From: Isurus oxyrinchus
Taxonomy: Eukaryota
DNA: 64,000 nucleotides
Reading direction: 5' to 3'
Assembly (NCBI GenBank): GCA_026770705.1
Contig: JANJGN010000041.1
Coordinates: 5,022,001 to 5,086,000, forward strand
This document shows, piece after piece, positions 37,601-51,880 of this stretch. Position numbers and translations under genes: made by a program. Under the pieces are notes generated by a model that saw only the letters and a program-made list of their open reading frames with translations, searched no databases and was not told the origin of the DNA. Numbering within the stretch: position 1 is the first letter of the stretch; the number at the start of each line of letters is the position of its first letter.

Positions 37601-37619
37601 TTATTAATCTTCTTTGCTA

Positions 37620-40560
37620 TTGAACATTTTCGCAGCTAGTCTAAATATTCTGTTTCAATTAATTCGTGCAAGGTCTCTTGCAGAATTTTGATCCCGTTTG
37701 TAAACTTTATTTCCAAGAATGAGATCCAGCAGGATCTCATTTCTCTTGGAAGTGGAAACACACTGCTGTAGAAATGTTTTTGAGCAGAATTCAGGAACTG
37801 TTACCATCACTGTCTGCATGAGAGAAATTGGACTCCCTCATTTTAAGTTTTCTACAATGTTTGCAACTCACTGTGATGTCCGTGCCAAATTCTTCCAACA
37901 CATCATTCTCACTTATTGGTGACCTATAGACCACACCAAGAAATTTAATCAGACCTATTTTGTTTCTTACCTCTACACAAATAGCTGGTGCCCTTACCAA
38001 TTTGAGTTAGCCTCTCTCTACTGCACAGCAGCACTCTTTTTAAACAGTTCCATCAACCCTCTCCATTTCCTGCTTAACTAAATTTCCCGAATATTTTGAA
38101 TCCAGGAGTATTCCAGAGACAGTGCAGGCCTTCATCCAACCAGCTCCTTTGGCACCACCCCATGCCCACGCAAAAGATGTAACACCTGCCCCTTCACTTC
38201 CTCTCTCCTCACCGTCCAAGGGCCCAAACATTCCTTTCAAGTGAAGCAGCATTTCACTTGCATTTCCCCCAACTTAGTCTACTGCATTCGTTGCTCCCAA
38301 TGTGGTCTCCTCTACATTGGAGAGACCAAACGTAAACTGGGCGACCGCTTTGCAGAACACCTTCGGTCTGTCCGCAAGAATGACCCAAACCTCCCTGTCG
38401 CTTGCCATTTTAACACTCCACCCTGCTCTCTTGTCCACATGTCTGTCCTTGGCTTACTGCATTGTTCCAGTGAAGCCCAACGCAAACTGGAGGAACAACA
38501 CCTCATCTTCCGAATAGGCACCTTACAGCCTTCCGGTCTGAATATTGAATTCAATAACTTTAGGTCGTGAGCTCCCTCCCCCATCCCCACCCCCTTTCTG
38601 TTTCCCCCTTTTCCCCCCCTTTTTTTTCCCTATAAATTTTATAGATTTTTCTTTTCCCACCTATTTCCATTATTTTTAAATATTTTAAAATCTTTTATGC
38701 TCCCCCCACCCCCACTAGAGCTGTACCTTGAGTGCCCTACCATCCATTCTTAATTAGCACATTCGTTTAGATAATATCACCAACTTTAACTTTAACACCT
38801 ATGTGTTCTTTTGTACCATTGTCACTGACATCTTTTGATGATCTGTTTCTATCACTGCTTGTTTGTCTACACAAGCACCTCTGTCTCTCTCTCTCTCTCC
38901 GCCCCCCCACACACACACCTTAAACCAGCTTATATTTCAACTCTTTCTTGGACTCGAAATCAAGTTCTGTCGAAGGGTCATGAAGACTCGAAACGTCAAC
39001 TCTTTTCTTCTCCGCCGATGGTGCCAGACCTGCTGAGTTTTTCCAGGTAATTCTGTTTTTGTTTTGGATTTCCAGCATCCGCAGTTTTCTTTGTTTTTAG
39101 CTCCTTTTTATGCCCACCAAATGATACTTCCACACTGAAACCTGTTTGTGTAATTCACCAACCTTAGATACCACAGCCTGAACATTCACGCTAAAATACA
39201 ATAGCCCACAATTAGATTTTATTACTTTCTAGTTAACGTGGCCTTTCCTATTAATGTTCTATTCCATACAGAAGTGCCATATATCCCTCACAATTTTCTG
39301 CAGACATTGTCATTTATCTATGTTACTGTTTATTGGTTCCCACTTCACAATTCACGTTAATTCAAATGCTCCACAGTTACACAGCTCGAACGCCCAAAAG
39401 AAGCTCTATGTTGGTGCAAATATAACGGCCTATGCGGAACCCTTCTCTTCCAGAACCAGCCTCAATGTCACAACAATGTAAAACCCTTTCTCAACTTGCA
39501 TCTTCCTCGAAACACATTCATTTTTTTGATCCGTCAATTTTGTAACTTCCTTGCACGTGACACTTGGAGTAATCTAGAATTTAAAATATTTGAACCCCTG
39601 CTTGCGAAATGCCAACCAGGAACCCTAAATGCAGACTGCTGGGCCACAGCACTCCTCCTACCGACGGCATTGGAACCATTGTATTTTCTGTTGTTGAGAA
39701 CTTCCCTTTGAGAATGCATTTGTAGCCGAACACAGACAGCGATCTTGGCGCCTAGGAGGGAACACAACTCCCTGGACTGAAAGTACCACAGTAATGCTTG
39801 CCTACTTCCTATCGCTGGAAACAACTAACACTAATGCTCTTCAATGCTTCATTTTTAACCCACTTTATAGATATGCAATCAATTATGCCATAACCCTACC
39901 TCCTGTTGCGCTTCTCAGAGAAACCAGATTGTCATTAGTATTGCATTCTGAAACCTCCTTCTGGAATATGTGGCAAGCAGACTGCCTGCAACTTATCTTT
40001 CCTTATTTGAATGGTGGATCGACATCTATTCTCAATGTCAACGCATAGACATAAGCTGGAAGGTGACTACATCTATCAATGCAAAGCCCACAAATCTGTC
40101 AAAAACCTGGATTAAATGTATTCATGCCAGCTGCCGATGTACTTCCAAAACCCAGAGCTCAATATGTTGCTTTCGATGGCAATTCCTGCAGAAATTATTG
40201 TCCAGGACGCAGGGTACATTTTGGAGTCCCACATTTCACATAACGTACACTCCATCAGTTGGAGAATTTGTCATTCTTCCGTGTCTTCATTAAGCTTACT
40301 GATGCAAATAAACCAACACAACACGAATAAAACTTCCTAATACTATTAGATCTGTGTGCTATGAATTCAGCTTACTGAAACTGCTAAATAGGGATGATTC
40401 TTAAGACACCTTACTTAGGCGCAGAGTTTATTCACTGGTTACTCATTGTTAATAAATAACAGTTTTACTGCTTTGAGGCTGCAAGTTATGTTGGGTTGAG
40501 TCCGTAAATTTCAATACTCATCGGCCATAACTTACTCATGCCCTTCAATTTCCCACCTTG
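37620..40560 (-). mobile_element. Degenerate CR1 LINE 5' half (ORF1 and endonuclease), interrupted by a Penelope-like element
   Basis: Minus strand: ECTLCEMWD..NNFCRNCHRKQHIELWVLEV; FQSRELCSLLGAK; ILNSRLLQVSRA..RIKKMN; AICVEVRNKIG..LGVVYRSP. Confidence 0.8.
38151..39098 (+). mobile_element. 5'-truncated Penelope-like element with intact GIY-YIG endonuclease C-terminus
   Basis: ORF 38241-38570: HFTCISPNLVYCIRCSQCGLLYIGETKRKLGDRFAEHLRSV..VACHFN..RKLEEQHLIFRIGTLQPSGLN. Flanked by the direct repeat agctccttt (38142-38150 and 39099-39107). Confidence 0.93.
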
Positions 40561-40589
40561 CGTTTTGCCTCTGAACATTCGCTCTACAT

Positions 40590-41300
40590 AATTGCCTGTC
40601 AATGACCATCTCCAAGTAGGGAGCACCTCATTATCCCCAACTGGAATTCCGCAATGTTACAGTCAGTGAATCCCCAAATATCAACATCCTGGAGGTTACC
40701 ATTGAACTGAACACACCACATAAATACTGTGGAATTAAAGCCAGTGCAGAGGTTGGGAATCTGCAGAGAGTAACTCAGCCCATCACACCACAAAGCTGGT
40801 CCAAGATTTACAAAGAGCAAGTTAGGATTGTCTGGTATAACCTCCACTTGCCTACATGACTGCAGCACCAACAACACTGAAGAAGCTGTATGCCATCCAT
40901 GATAAAGAATCCCTCTTCATTGGTACCATATGCACCACTTTTAGAATTCGCTCCTTCATCCACAGAAGCACAATGCCATCAGTTTTTTCATCAATGATCT
41001 GCACATCGTCAACTCACGAAGTGTCCTTACAACCCCTCGGCCGCGAATACGCAAAAGCCCATGAACAGCAGCTACATGAGAACAGCACCGCGAGGAAGTT
41101 CACAGCAAAGCCCCTCACCATCCAGACCTCGAAAAACGTTGTCGCCTCATCATTGTCTCGTGGCTAAAGTCAAGGAATCCCAACAGCACTTAGAGTACAC
41201 TTACACCACATGGACTGTCGCCATATAAGAAAGAAGCCACACTTGGGCAGTAAAAATGTTGGTCTAGCTAGCGATTTGCATGTCCATGATAGAATAACTA
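40590..41300 (+). mobile_element. LINE 3' fragment (same family as 31455-32190)
   Basis: ESPNINILEVTI..HINTV..AAPTTLKKL.AIHDK. Confidence 0.75.
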
Positions 41301-41319
41301 AACATTGTGCCCCAGTCGA

Positions 41320-41690
41320 GATTCTCAGAGAAGCACCATCAATGTATTTTATAGAGAACAAATGATTCTCTCTAGTAACCACATGCAGGGCAGTCGCAGC
41401 ACGGGGTTCTATACAGAGAAAATCTCCCTGTAACATTTTTCCAATGAACACTCCCAGGAAGGGGTAAAGCATTGGGCGACTCACAGAGCAAAGCTCCCCC
41501 TGCACTGCCCCCAGTAATCAATCCCAGCAAATTAATGGCACGGGCTAAATGTAACTTAAATCTCTCTGTATACTGTCCCAAATACTCACCAACAGGACAG
41601 TTGAAGCATTTGGTTTGATACCGAGTGAAGCACCCTCTACAATGTCCCAATCAAAAACTTTCAGGAGAGGGCAGCGTCCCTGACAAAAGG
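41320..41690. repeat. Degenerate ~65-bp minisatellite (acactcccaggacagg..cagcacgggg.tagatacagag.aaagctccc)
   Basis: About 5 diverged units. Confidence 0.65.
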
Positions 41691-44117
41691 TCCTGCTGTA
41701 GCTGCATCTCAGCGGGAGTTGCAAAGCATTTTAATGCGGTGTTGTTTGGCAGGGGAAGAGATGGTGAGTTACTGGAGAATAGTACCTCCTAGTAATGCTG
41801 GTATAATGAATGGAGTCACATTACCTTCGGGTGGAGTCTGGACGGAGTCATTCTTAAGGCACCACACATAAATGGCAGTATCACGGGTATGGAAGTAGTT
41901 ATTAGCAATCATCAGTTCATACAAGTCTCGACGGCACCTCCAGGAGTCACCTAATAAGACTTTGCCACATCCCGGCAGCGAAATGAATTATGCTAGAATC
42001 TCAAACTAGCTGGCATAACTCCATGGATTCCAATGGTGTGACCAGTCATAACTTGTCAACATTGCTGGTGAAGTTAGAGATAGTTTCACAAAATGAAAAC
42101 AGAAGACACAAGTCAAATATGCTAAGGTTGAAGCTTCCTTTGAGATTTAGAGGGCGAAGGACTGCAACTGAGCATGTGGATGTCCAATGCCAGGCTGGTC
42201 AAAAGTGCGTAAGTGCAGAATCGAGGAACATGCGCTTATCACAAAAACACAGTGCAAATTCGCACACAAACAGAAGAAATGAAAAAGGATGACAGATGTA
42301 TCAATTTTAGGGGAAATCCGCTTTGATGAGGAGAAAGACCTGAGTGAGGCAGAATCCATAGACCTGGCCAAATCACTAAAGACTGAGCAAAATACAAAAT
42401 TAAGTGTTAGGTTTGTTTTAAAGTAGGCGGCACACTCAGGGCTTAGCACATCAAGGCGGCAGATGGAGGAAAGCTGCAGCAACAGCTGGCAAAATTCAAC
42501 CAGGTGGCGCAGCTGAAGTGAACCTAAGTTTTATTTAAACAATTAATGCAGTTAACTTAAATGACAGGCAGATTGGAAAGAAACCTGAAGCATTAGATTA
42601 AAAATAAATCGTCCTTTCTTTTGAACCCTTGGTTCTTGCTTTACAAAACATGAATGTTGGTTTAACAGGCCTAACCTTTTGAACGCAAATGCAATGGTCG
42701 CAGACCAATACCGTCAAATACTAAACAGTGAGGGAATTCACAGCTGCATTAATAACAGCTGCAGAGCCATCGTGACCTGAAATGGACAGAAAAAGGGATG
42801 TGGCACAGAGAGCCTTAAATGTGCAACAACATTTAAAATAATTAAATTGGGAAATGAAAAATAAATGGCCATGGATCGGCCATTCCAACAGAGCCCCATG
42901 TTTGCTTCTGCAAGGGCTGAAGGGATACATTTCTTTACTTAAATTATTGGATTAATCAGGATTAAGCACAATATCTGGAGACGTCCGGGCCTGCCCGACC
43001 TGAACTTGCACGCCCAGTAATCCCAATGTAGTAGATTGATAAAATCTCAACCACCTTCAATGCAACATTAAATGCCGTTCAAGAATCTTTGAAACATGAA
43101 GTTCACTACTCTGTAGTGATTACAAGTTGCTTTGAGCACCCGTAACAAATTGCAAAACGGCGAAATTACGTCCTTGAACACGTTATATGAGGCACCAGGA
43201 AAGTCAAAAGTTCCTTAAACTCCCAGGAATCTGTCTTTATGGGGAACCTGATGCATGATTCCTAATTTATTTCCCTTTCAAGGACACATTATTGCTTCCA
43301 GGATTGTACAAGCAGCCATAGGGTAATGAATAAAAATAGCGATGTGGAATGTGGAGGAGAAGAAACAACAAAAAAAAAACACATTGCTTGTCTCAAAGCT
43401 GATCTGGATAATTGGAAGTGTCAGATTCAGGCTGCGCATGTAGATTTTAAAAAGCACTGCACAACGCAGTATTAAATGAGGCAGAAACTTCGAGGCTTGA
43501 AGAAACAGAATTTCAGGTAAAGCAAAGCAAGCAGGGGTTATAAGCATCCTAAGTTCCACAGGTGACAAATCAAACTGAGAGTTAGAAAATGTCATCCATA
43601 TATACAGCCAGGCAAAACAATAGGGAATAAACAGAATCACAAACCTGCAAAATTGAAAGGGTCTCTGCAGGATGAACCTATATTCGTCATCAAAATCATC
43701 AAAAAACAAGATGGTGAATATTATTTGAGGGAAGAAGTACTGCATTGGAACTATCAGTAAAATCAAAGGAATGTACTGAAGCTCAGGGTGCGTTGGCATT
43801 AGTTGGCCAAGAAAATAAAGAGTCGGAACAGAGCTGATTATCCAGCTTGTTCAAAAAGCAAAAATGAGGTCATTACTCCTCAGCAGCATGAATGCAATAA
43901 AATCTCTCCTGCACAGCAGAAGGGAAGAAGAGCAGAGTTAAATCGAGGAGCCCCTGCTGAATAAAAGGAAAGTGAAGATGAAGCAATTATAACTTCAGAG
44001 CGCAAAGGAAAGCCTAGTGAAGAATCTTGACACATTACAGATGTCCCTGAGGCCAAGTCATGTTTTTAGGTTAAACGCCGAAGAGAAGCAGCATGAATTT
44101 TAAATGAGTCTGAACAT

Positions 44118-44183
44118 GAAAACAAAAACAGAATTACCTGGAAAAACTCAGCAGGTCTAGCAGCATCGGCGGAGAAGAAAAAA
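44118..44183 (-). mobile_element. Short Penelope-like tail fragment
   Basis: Reverse complement of ~39003-39066. Confidence 0.8.
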
Positions 44184-46249
44184 ACGCAGTTTGCAGGGAA
44201 GACTCCACAATTTCTAATATTATAGAAATACGTTTAATCTGCTAGGAAAAAAAGACAGAAAAGGGAATGAAACAACTGACATTGAAAAGAAAAGTCCAAG
44301 CTCTTTCCAAAGCTGAGAGCAGGTATTGAATTTATGAGAAGCACGTTTGGAAAACTGAAATAATTTAATCTTTCACCGGAGACAGGCCTAGCCAACAGTG
44401 AAACCCACATGAAGGGCAAGGACAAAGCTCTGCTGCAGGCAGAGAGGGGAAGGGGCAGTGGCAAAATGGCAATGTCGCTGCATTGGCAACCCAGAGACCC
44501 AGACTACTGCTCTGGGGACATGGAGGCAACATCCATCATGGCTGCTCTAGGCATTAGAATTCAACTCTTAAAGATGCAAGTGAAAGCTAGCCCCAGTGGT
44601 GGGCACCACCAAAATATCATCGATTATCATAAAATCCCATCACTTCACGAATCTAAGTTAAAGATGGAAACCTGCCATTCCAAATTCTTTTGACCGACAA
44701 ATGACTCCAGAAACACAGCAATGCAGCCGACTCTAAACAGCTCTCAGCAGTAACCAGTAAGATCAGTTCAACAGCAATTCCGTATGGGCAAATAAATGCC
44801 AGTTTCCAGCTACGCCCACACCCTGTGGAAGAATCAGGAAGAAAGATTGAAAAAACATTGTAATTTGAGAATCTGATACTGAATCTCAAGAGACAAGGAG
44901 GAAAAATCACTGGATTCCTCAAACGGACTGAGAGGCATTTAGTTGTTAAAAATAACTTGCTCAAATGGAAATCAAGAAGCGGGAACATGAACAAAATGGT
45001 GAGCAGGTGCAAGGAGAAGTCAACTTTCTCACAGAATAGCGCGAGGCTTCTCATCTACAAATAGGATAAGTAAGCATATAGAATGTGGCACTCACGAAAA
45101 AAACGCTGCTAAGCGAAAAGTGGTCAGTGTAGAGAACTGACTTTGACGTACAGAGGCTGTGCTTGCTGAGATGTTGGATCTTCAAAATGAAAATTCGCGA
45201 AAAACTTTCCAACCGCCATCCAATGTGAAGAAGTTGGAGAATGTGATGCGTCATATGGGAGAGGGAAGCTAGACTTTGAAGACTCGAACAAGCAGTTTCA
45301 GGATTTAACGAACAGTCAGTGGGCATGTAAAAAACCTGAAAGGAACTGACTGCACATGTCAACGTAACCCTGTATAAAGATTTCACTGATAAATCTGAAG
45401 GAAAAGCAGCTCAACTTCCAGACCAATTGCTGCGCTACAGGAAAATGTTCAGATGTGTGCAAAAAGATTTGAAAGGAAAAGAGCAATCACAACTTTGGCT
45501 GATGTTGCAAAACAAGTGGAAATTAATGTTCTGTTTGTAAAACAACAACATCCAGCTAGATCATGGGGGAGCCAGCGGAAATAGAAAATCCCAGTCCACT
45601 CCAGAATTAGCTCGGAGTGCATATTCCCCTCAAAAGAATGGCACAAACACACGATGCCCGAGCAGATCAAATGGGATGTTGTTAATCAAAAAGGGAACTC
45701 AAAGGAGCACAAAAATCCAATCAAGTGGAGAGAAACAAGTGCGAGAAATGCGGAGCATCACAATCACAAGCTCAAACTGAAAACATCAGCCCGAAGAAGC
45801 TACTTAAACCGTTCATCCACACCGAACACACAAGAATGTGGAAGAATTGTCAAATATCCAGACACCTGAATTCATGATGTAATAGTGTTAGCCAGGTGCG
45901 CAAGGGTTGGGAGTGGAGAGGGGGGAGTGGGGGTGCTGTGGGGGTTTGATGCTGGGCGGCAGAATTGGTGTCGGAAAAATTTAGCAAACAATGGTTTTAT
46001 TTTAAACAACTATAGTCAGATGGAAGGGAGGATTGGTCGCTTTTAAATGATGGGCCTATTTTATCAGGTAGCAGCATGGCCATTGTAATGGAAAGGTTTT
46101 CGTCAGAGGAAGATTGAATGTGGTTTGGGGAATAATGCCGCGAATGGTATGATGCATAGGTTTACATGAATGTTGAATTAGAAGCAAAGTATGAAGCAAC
46201 TATTAAAGTCGTTGAACCCATGCATGTGGAACATCGGATATGTACATTG

Positions 46250-46890
46250 TTATGGGTTAACAATTAATAGTTCATGTTTAAAATTGCAAGTCAGGACACC
46301 TCTCAGTGGGAGATCAAAGGAACATTTTCAACAATTCCCAGGGCAGGGCAGGAGGCTACGCTGTCCAAACAAACACCGCCATGATATGTATAGCATATGG
46401 TTATATATAGATTAATGCCGCTTCTAAGCCGCCGAATCACATAATCCAAAAACTAGTATTTCACATGTTTTGATGCAGAGAAATTTCCAACTACAGACAG
46501 CAAACACTCTAATGGAAGGTACAACAATAGATGATATATAGAACCAATCCGCCTATTCAATGTGCCCATCATACCCATCTCAGCGCTGGTACAGCAAAGT
46601 TTAGATACGGATAACTCTCTGTCAGCAATGCCCCCGTGGATCTTTACAATGGGTATTATAGCAATGGCTTAGATAGACAGCAGGTCTTTCCCAATTAAAC
46701 CTTCCAACAGCTGGTTAAATACGGGGCTTGATGCATATGTCTATTTATTCATGGCAGGCATATCCCACTAATAGTATTTCACACTTGGCCGAAACATCTG
46801 CCAATGTTCTCCGAGGTGTGTTTTCCCAGATATGGCATCCCAATTGCCGATAAGCCTGAGCTGATTTCGAGTAGCATTTCTTTTCCTTAA
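46250..46890 (+). mobile_element. Retroviral/Gypsy-type integrase-core fragment
   Basis: GLDAY..SWQAYPTNSISHLAE..(F)PRYGIP.., resembling VD.FSRW.EAYPT...A..L...FPRYGIP..I.SD. Confidence 0.5.
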
Positions 46891-49800
46891 GCCTTGTATT
46901 TTCTAACTAACTTGCAGCCAAAGCAGCCTGTCCTGCTGCCACAGTGCTGTGCATAATTGGATGTGACTGTTGCTGCTCTTTTAGATGCTTCCGTTCACTG
47001 AATTTATGAGAAGGAAAAAGGAACAAAGACACTTCTCTTAGGTTCTGGGTTGTTATGTCAGGTGTGTCATGACTGGAGGTAATGAAGCGAATAATAATTA
47101 ATCTGTGTGGATATTATTTGTATCTTCGTTTGTCTACGTGTGTGTGTGTGTGTGTGTGCGTTTTAGTGCAAGTTTATGTTTGTGTGTATGTTTNNNNNNN
47201 NNNNNNNNNNNNNNNNNNNNNNNNNNNNNNNNNNNNNNNNNNNNNNNNNNNNNNNNNNNNNNNNNNNNNNNNNNNNNNNNNNNNNNNNNNNNNNNNNNNN
47301 NNNNNNNNNNNNNNNNNNNNNNNNNNNCTTCCCTGAACTTCAATTTGGTAGAGAAGCCTCAGCACTATGAAAACGGAATAGTTTAATCAGTCATATTAAA
47401 GGAAAGCGCAATGTAGAGTACATGTTTCAAGTTATAAGTTTTGAACTGAACATTCTGGCCAAAAATCAAAACCTGAGCATGTTTATGAGCACGTGGGACT
47501 TTTAACCTACATACAAATTCACCCACGGGGAAATGGAGTGTATTTTAATGTTTCACAGTTTAACTTGGAACTTTGATACAGATGATTCTCAGTTGAATTT
47601 ATCCTGGTCAGAAACCTCTTTAAACCGTTGAAGAACTCAGGTTTGGCTCCTGACAAAGTTGCCAAAGGAGGAAAATAATTTTTATGGACATTTGTAAACA
47701 TTTGGCATTAATTTAAAATGCTTCAAGTTTCTGTGCAGAAATAATATTTTAAAATGTACCTGTAGAAGATTGAAAATGTCAGTTCGGCCTTACAATAAAA
47801 AGATAAGCCTGAAGCCTGGAATAATTTTGACAAAAATCCAATTTGGACAGTTCAAATAGAACTATGTTAAATGTTAAAAAGAACTATGAAAATTCAAATT
47901 GCAGACTCTTTCTTTCAAATCAGGTAAAAGCAGCGAACAGCGATACATTAATCCTGTCTTCAAGGAGAAAACGCTTATACACGAGAGATATCAGGTGAGA
48001 AATGCATTACAAAAAGCTGAAAGGCTTCAAAATAATAGAAATTGGATATATAGTTTGGGCACAACTGAAGAAAAGCTAATGGAAAACTTTAATAAAGCAA
48101 GTTTCACTTTTGATTGGGGAAGATTTTTTCGAAATCCGATGAAGTGAAGCAATTGTGTGCAAAGTTATTTCCGCTCCCACGACCAAACCCCACAACCACC
48201 AAACGCGCAGTGGAGTTAATCAGGTTGTGCTTATTGCTGCTTCCGTTTTACTTCATGATATAACCTTCGGATTTCCAGATTTATATTGGCACTCATGAGA
48301 TTTCAAGTTTCCAAATTCACAGACGTGAGTGAACATATCAACCCATTGAACTGTGGGTCATAGGCATGATGGATGGCTTGCGTTTGTGAACAAAGAGTTT
48401 TGTGAATTAAAGATAGAGCAACAAGTCATATTGGTCCAGCGAACTGGCCTCACCAGATCAGGCTGCTTGTTGCTATTAGTTATCTTTCGAGACAGAGTGC
48501 TAGAGAACGGGACTTCTGAGCAAACACACCGAACAATGAAAATGGGATTTCTCAACATCAGCTTTGTAAACCAGCAAGCCTGAAAACAATTGTTTCTGAA
48601 AGCGAAATTCATAAAGGAAACTGGACATCAGCTTCTATTCACCCATTTCAAAGGGAAATGTACCTGACGTTTAAGGGGATAAACAAATTCCAACTTTCAA
48701 AAGAAGAATGCTAATCGGAAACAATTCAGGCGGCTCCTTGAAAAAAACATGTTTTTTTTTGGAAGAAATAAATTGAACACTAAATTCAACATGGAGCAAC
48801 ATTAAAAATCGGACACAGCTAAAAGGTTACTTCTGTCAAACCAAAATTATACCTGAAGAAAGAACAAACAGGGCAAAACATGCTAATAACTGGAGTCAAG
48901 CGTTTGATTCCAATTTCAAAGATATTATCAAAACTTTTCCTTTTCAGCGCATTCGACCATGACTCAGTGCTAATGGCGCTCTAATTTGAAAACAAAATGC
49001 AGAACAATAATCACAAAATCGGTCAAACCTTCTCTGTCAGGCTTCAAGGCCATGCTGCCACCAGTGTATTACTCAGGGGTGCAAAATAAACTGGAAGTTT
49101 TGGCAGATCAAAAATGACTTGCGGTCGCCCAGGACACAGTTTGAAGAACATCACATGCTATCATCATGCCATTACAAGCCAACAAGCTATTACTAAATGA
49201 TATTCAGAGGTCTGTTAAATCCTGCCATCTTGTTATTGCATTGAGAATACTGCCTTTTCCGGTACGTAAGCATTAACCAAGCCCTCCAGTTTCTTGCCCT
49301 TCTTAATGTGAAAAACATCAAACTCCATCACTTTCAGCAGTTCAGCCTCTGCTTCAGTCTTTCCCTCCATCCCTGCCTCCACATTCTCTTGTTGTTCTGA
49401 AACGTGACCTTTCTGTTTCGAAGGCTTGTGAGCTGACCTCGAGGTACACCTGCCACGTTCCCGGTCTCGATCTTATGACCTTGAGCGGCCATGTCACCTG
49501 GCTCCCCTCACTTTGCCCTACAGTATTTCCCCAGGCCTCATGAACGAGGTGAGGTATTCAGTATTGCAACTGTATGAGGATCCGAGGAAAGGATTGAGGG
49601 TAAGATCTAGAAGTAGGGTAAAAAGGCAAACATCAGTTGTGAATTGGCAGAACCCACCTCCGGTGTCGTTCAATGTAACACATCAATTTCGTGTCCATGT
49701 ACGTTCTACTGAATGTAAAGAGTAGATTAATGGAATAACGTTAGATTGTTCTCTTTGATATAAGTTTCTCTTTGCCTACAAGCTTTTTATGAGAATTGAA

Positions 49801-49949
49801 ATTGATCATTTGGCCGCCGGTTGAGACATTGGGACCGTAGAGGAGTAGAAAAACAAAGAGCTTGAGATAACTACCCCCCTTTTATCGTTTTGGAAGTTAC
49901 CTGGAAAAAACAGAATGAATTATTGATTGGCGCATCCTTTTAAACATAT

Positions 49950-50480
49950 GAAATCCCAGATTGAAGTTGATTGGCAGAATCCTGTATCCCCAGATTCAGA
50001 TCTCCAGCCTCCAGTAAGACGGATATTTTGGAAACGAATTTAAATTATATGTCCCCTGATTAGGATCTCCAGCCGACAGTAACAATTATGTTTTGGAGAT
50101 GAATTTAAAACCTGTGCACAATGATTCAGATCTCCAGTCTGCAGGAACAGGGATTTGTTGGAGGAGGTTTTGAATCTTGTCTCCACTTTTCCAGATCTCT
50201 ATCCTGGGGTACGTGGGAAGTTGTGGAGTTGAAAGTGAGTACTGTAGCCGCTGATCCAGATTTGGAGTCTGGAGTCAACAGCCATGGTTAGAGATGGACT
50301 TCAATCCTGTATCCATGGGTCCAGGTATGCTTTCAGACGTTCATGGGATGTTCTGGAGAAGGTTTTAAATCCTCTATGCATTGGTCCAGATCTGCAGTCT
50401 GCAGTCACTGGCATGTTGCTGAGGTGAATGTGAATCATGCACCCCCTGATCCAGATCTTCAGTCTGAAGCTTCAACGATG
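49950..50480. repeat. 65-bp minisatellite x~8
   Basis: ccagatctccag-like motif recurs near 49998, 50062, 50127, 50192, 50257, 50322, 50387 and 50452. Confidence 0.9.
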
Positions 50481-51804
50481 GTATGTAGTTGTAGCTGAAA
50501 ACGATATCCATTGACTCACTTTTCAAGATTCTCCGTCAGGAACTTGGTGTCCATACATTGATGGTTTTCTGATTTAATCAACAAGAATGGACAAGCTTAG
50601 ATTTCTGTCTGTACGGCATTATACACTCCCTTAAAGCCCTCCCACAAATAATTCAGAATTAAAATATTATGAGGGACCAAGAGACAGTGAATATTAAGAA
50701 CATTTCCCATGGGCAGGGAGGGCAACGTCCAGGTTAAATATAATCAGTGAAACTGTTGGAAAAGTTACACTGAAATTGAGTCCTTTTTTCACCCAGAGGC
50801 TGGTGGGTGTTTGGCTCTCGCTGTCCCAAAAGGGAATAGAGTGAAAGACACTCTCACATTTAATTCAAAATAACTCGGGTATGAAGTTTAAATGCAGTTA
50901 CTGCCAATAGCAGAACGGGTAAAACGTTTTGTGACTAAATTTAATCCGTTTAAATCATTGAACGTTTACAGGAGACAGGGAGTCCATTCAGCTCTTCACA
51001 CCTGTATTAACTGCCTGCAAATGTTATTCATCTGGTCCCCGTGCTCCGCCCTTCCCTGCAGACAGGTAAATATACCTCTTTCAAGCTCAATACCAATTGC
51101 CTCTTGAAAACCATAATCAAAATTCCCTCAATCACATCCGAGAACATTCCTGCAGGCTGTATTAACTCCCCCATCCTCACTCTCTTCCCGCTTTTTATAA
51201 ACCATTTCCTGACTACTTAGAATATAAATCTGTTTTCCAGGCCCTTGGCTTTAAAGCTTCCGTTTCTGCCGGGGGTTTCTTAATCTAAGTCCACTTCATG
51301 CATTTATAAAAACAGACGCTTGCCCAGGGGTAAAATAATTTGCAACATCACCCCGGTGTTATTAACCACCGTTTGTCACCGTTTTTGTTATGATTTTTAC
51401 CGCCAGCCTAGCATTAGGCTATATTAGCCAACGCCCCCTCCCAGATTAAATCACCATTGAACCTAACCCCAGACCACCCTGTTGCTTATCAGACCCTCAC
51501 TGGAGATTAAGGATCCAGCCCCCGCTTCGCAGAGTTTTCAAACAGTTTGCTCTCTATCAGGGTTCACAACGTTGCCCCCTCTCTCACAGTTTTTATTAAT
51601 GAGAACAATCCCGTCGTTGAATACTAATATCAGCCCCTAACCAGCATTCAGGGATTTGCCACCCTTACCTGCTGCTCTTCGTATGCCGCTTGCACCCAGC
51701 GCATTTTATTAAAACGCTCCCATAAACTGAGTCTATTGATCCAAATGTTCTTCTTATGGTTGAAACAAGGGTCTAGCCCAAAGGGGTATGTAAGTTGGTG
51801 CTCT

Positions 51805-51833
51805 TCTTTCTTTCTTTTTTTCTATTTTTCTTT

Positions 51834-51865
<32 letters not shown>

Positions 51866-51880
51866 TTTATTTTTTCATTT
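51805..51880. repeat. (TTTC)n microsatellite
   Basis: Seen directly in the sequence. Confidence 0.9.

Larger units (their letters stand above)
43700..49200 (+). mobile_element. Very decayed BEL/Pao LTR retrotransposon (gag, RT, RNase H, integrase remnants) with younger insertions
   Basis: Fragments resembling BEL gag (QPPSNVKKL..NPV), RT (SS.CA...ED), RNase H (KEFCELKIEQ..FRDRV) and pre-integrase (QKM...PQD.V), in BEL order. Spans the gap 47194-47327. Confidence 0.45.

Noticed and set aside
43278-43799. Hydrophobic 173-aa ORF on the minus strand
   Set aside because: Antisense to A-rich decayed retroelement sequence, with no GPCR or other motifs.
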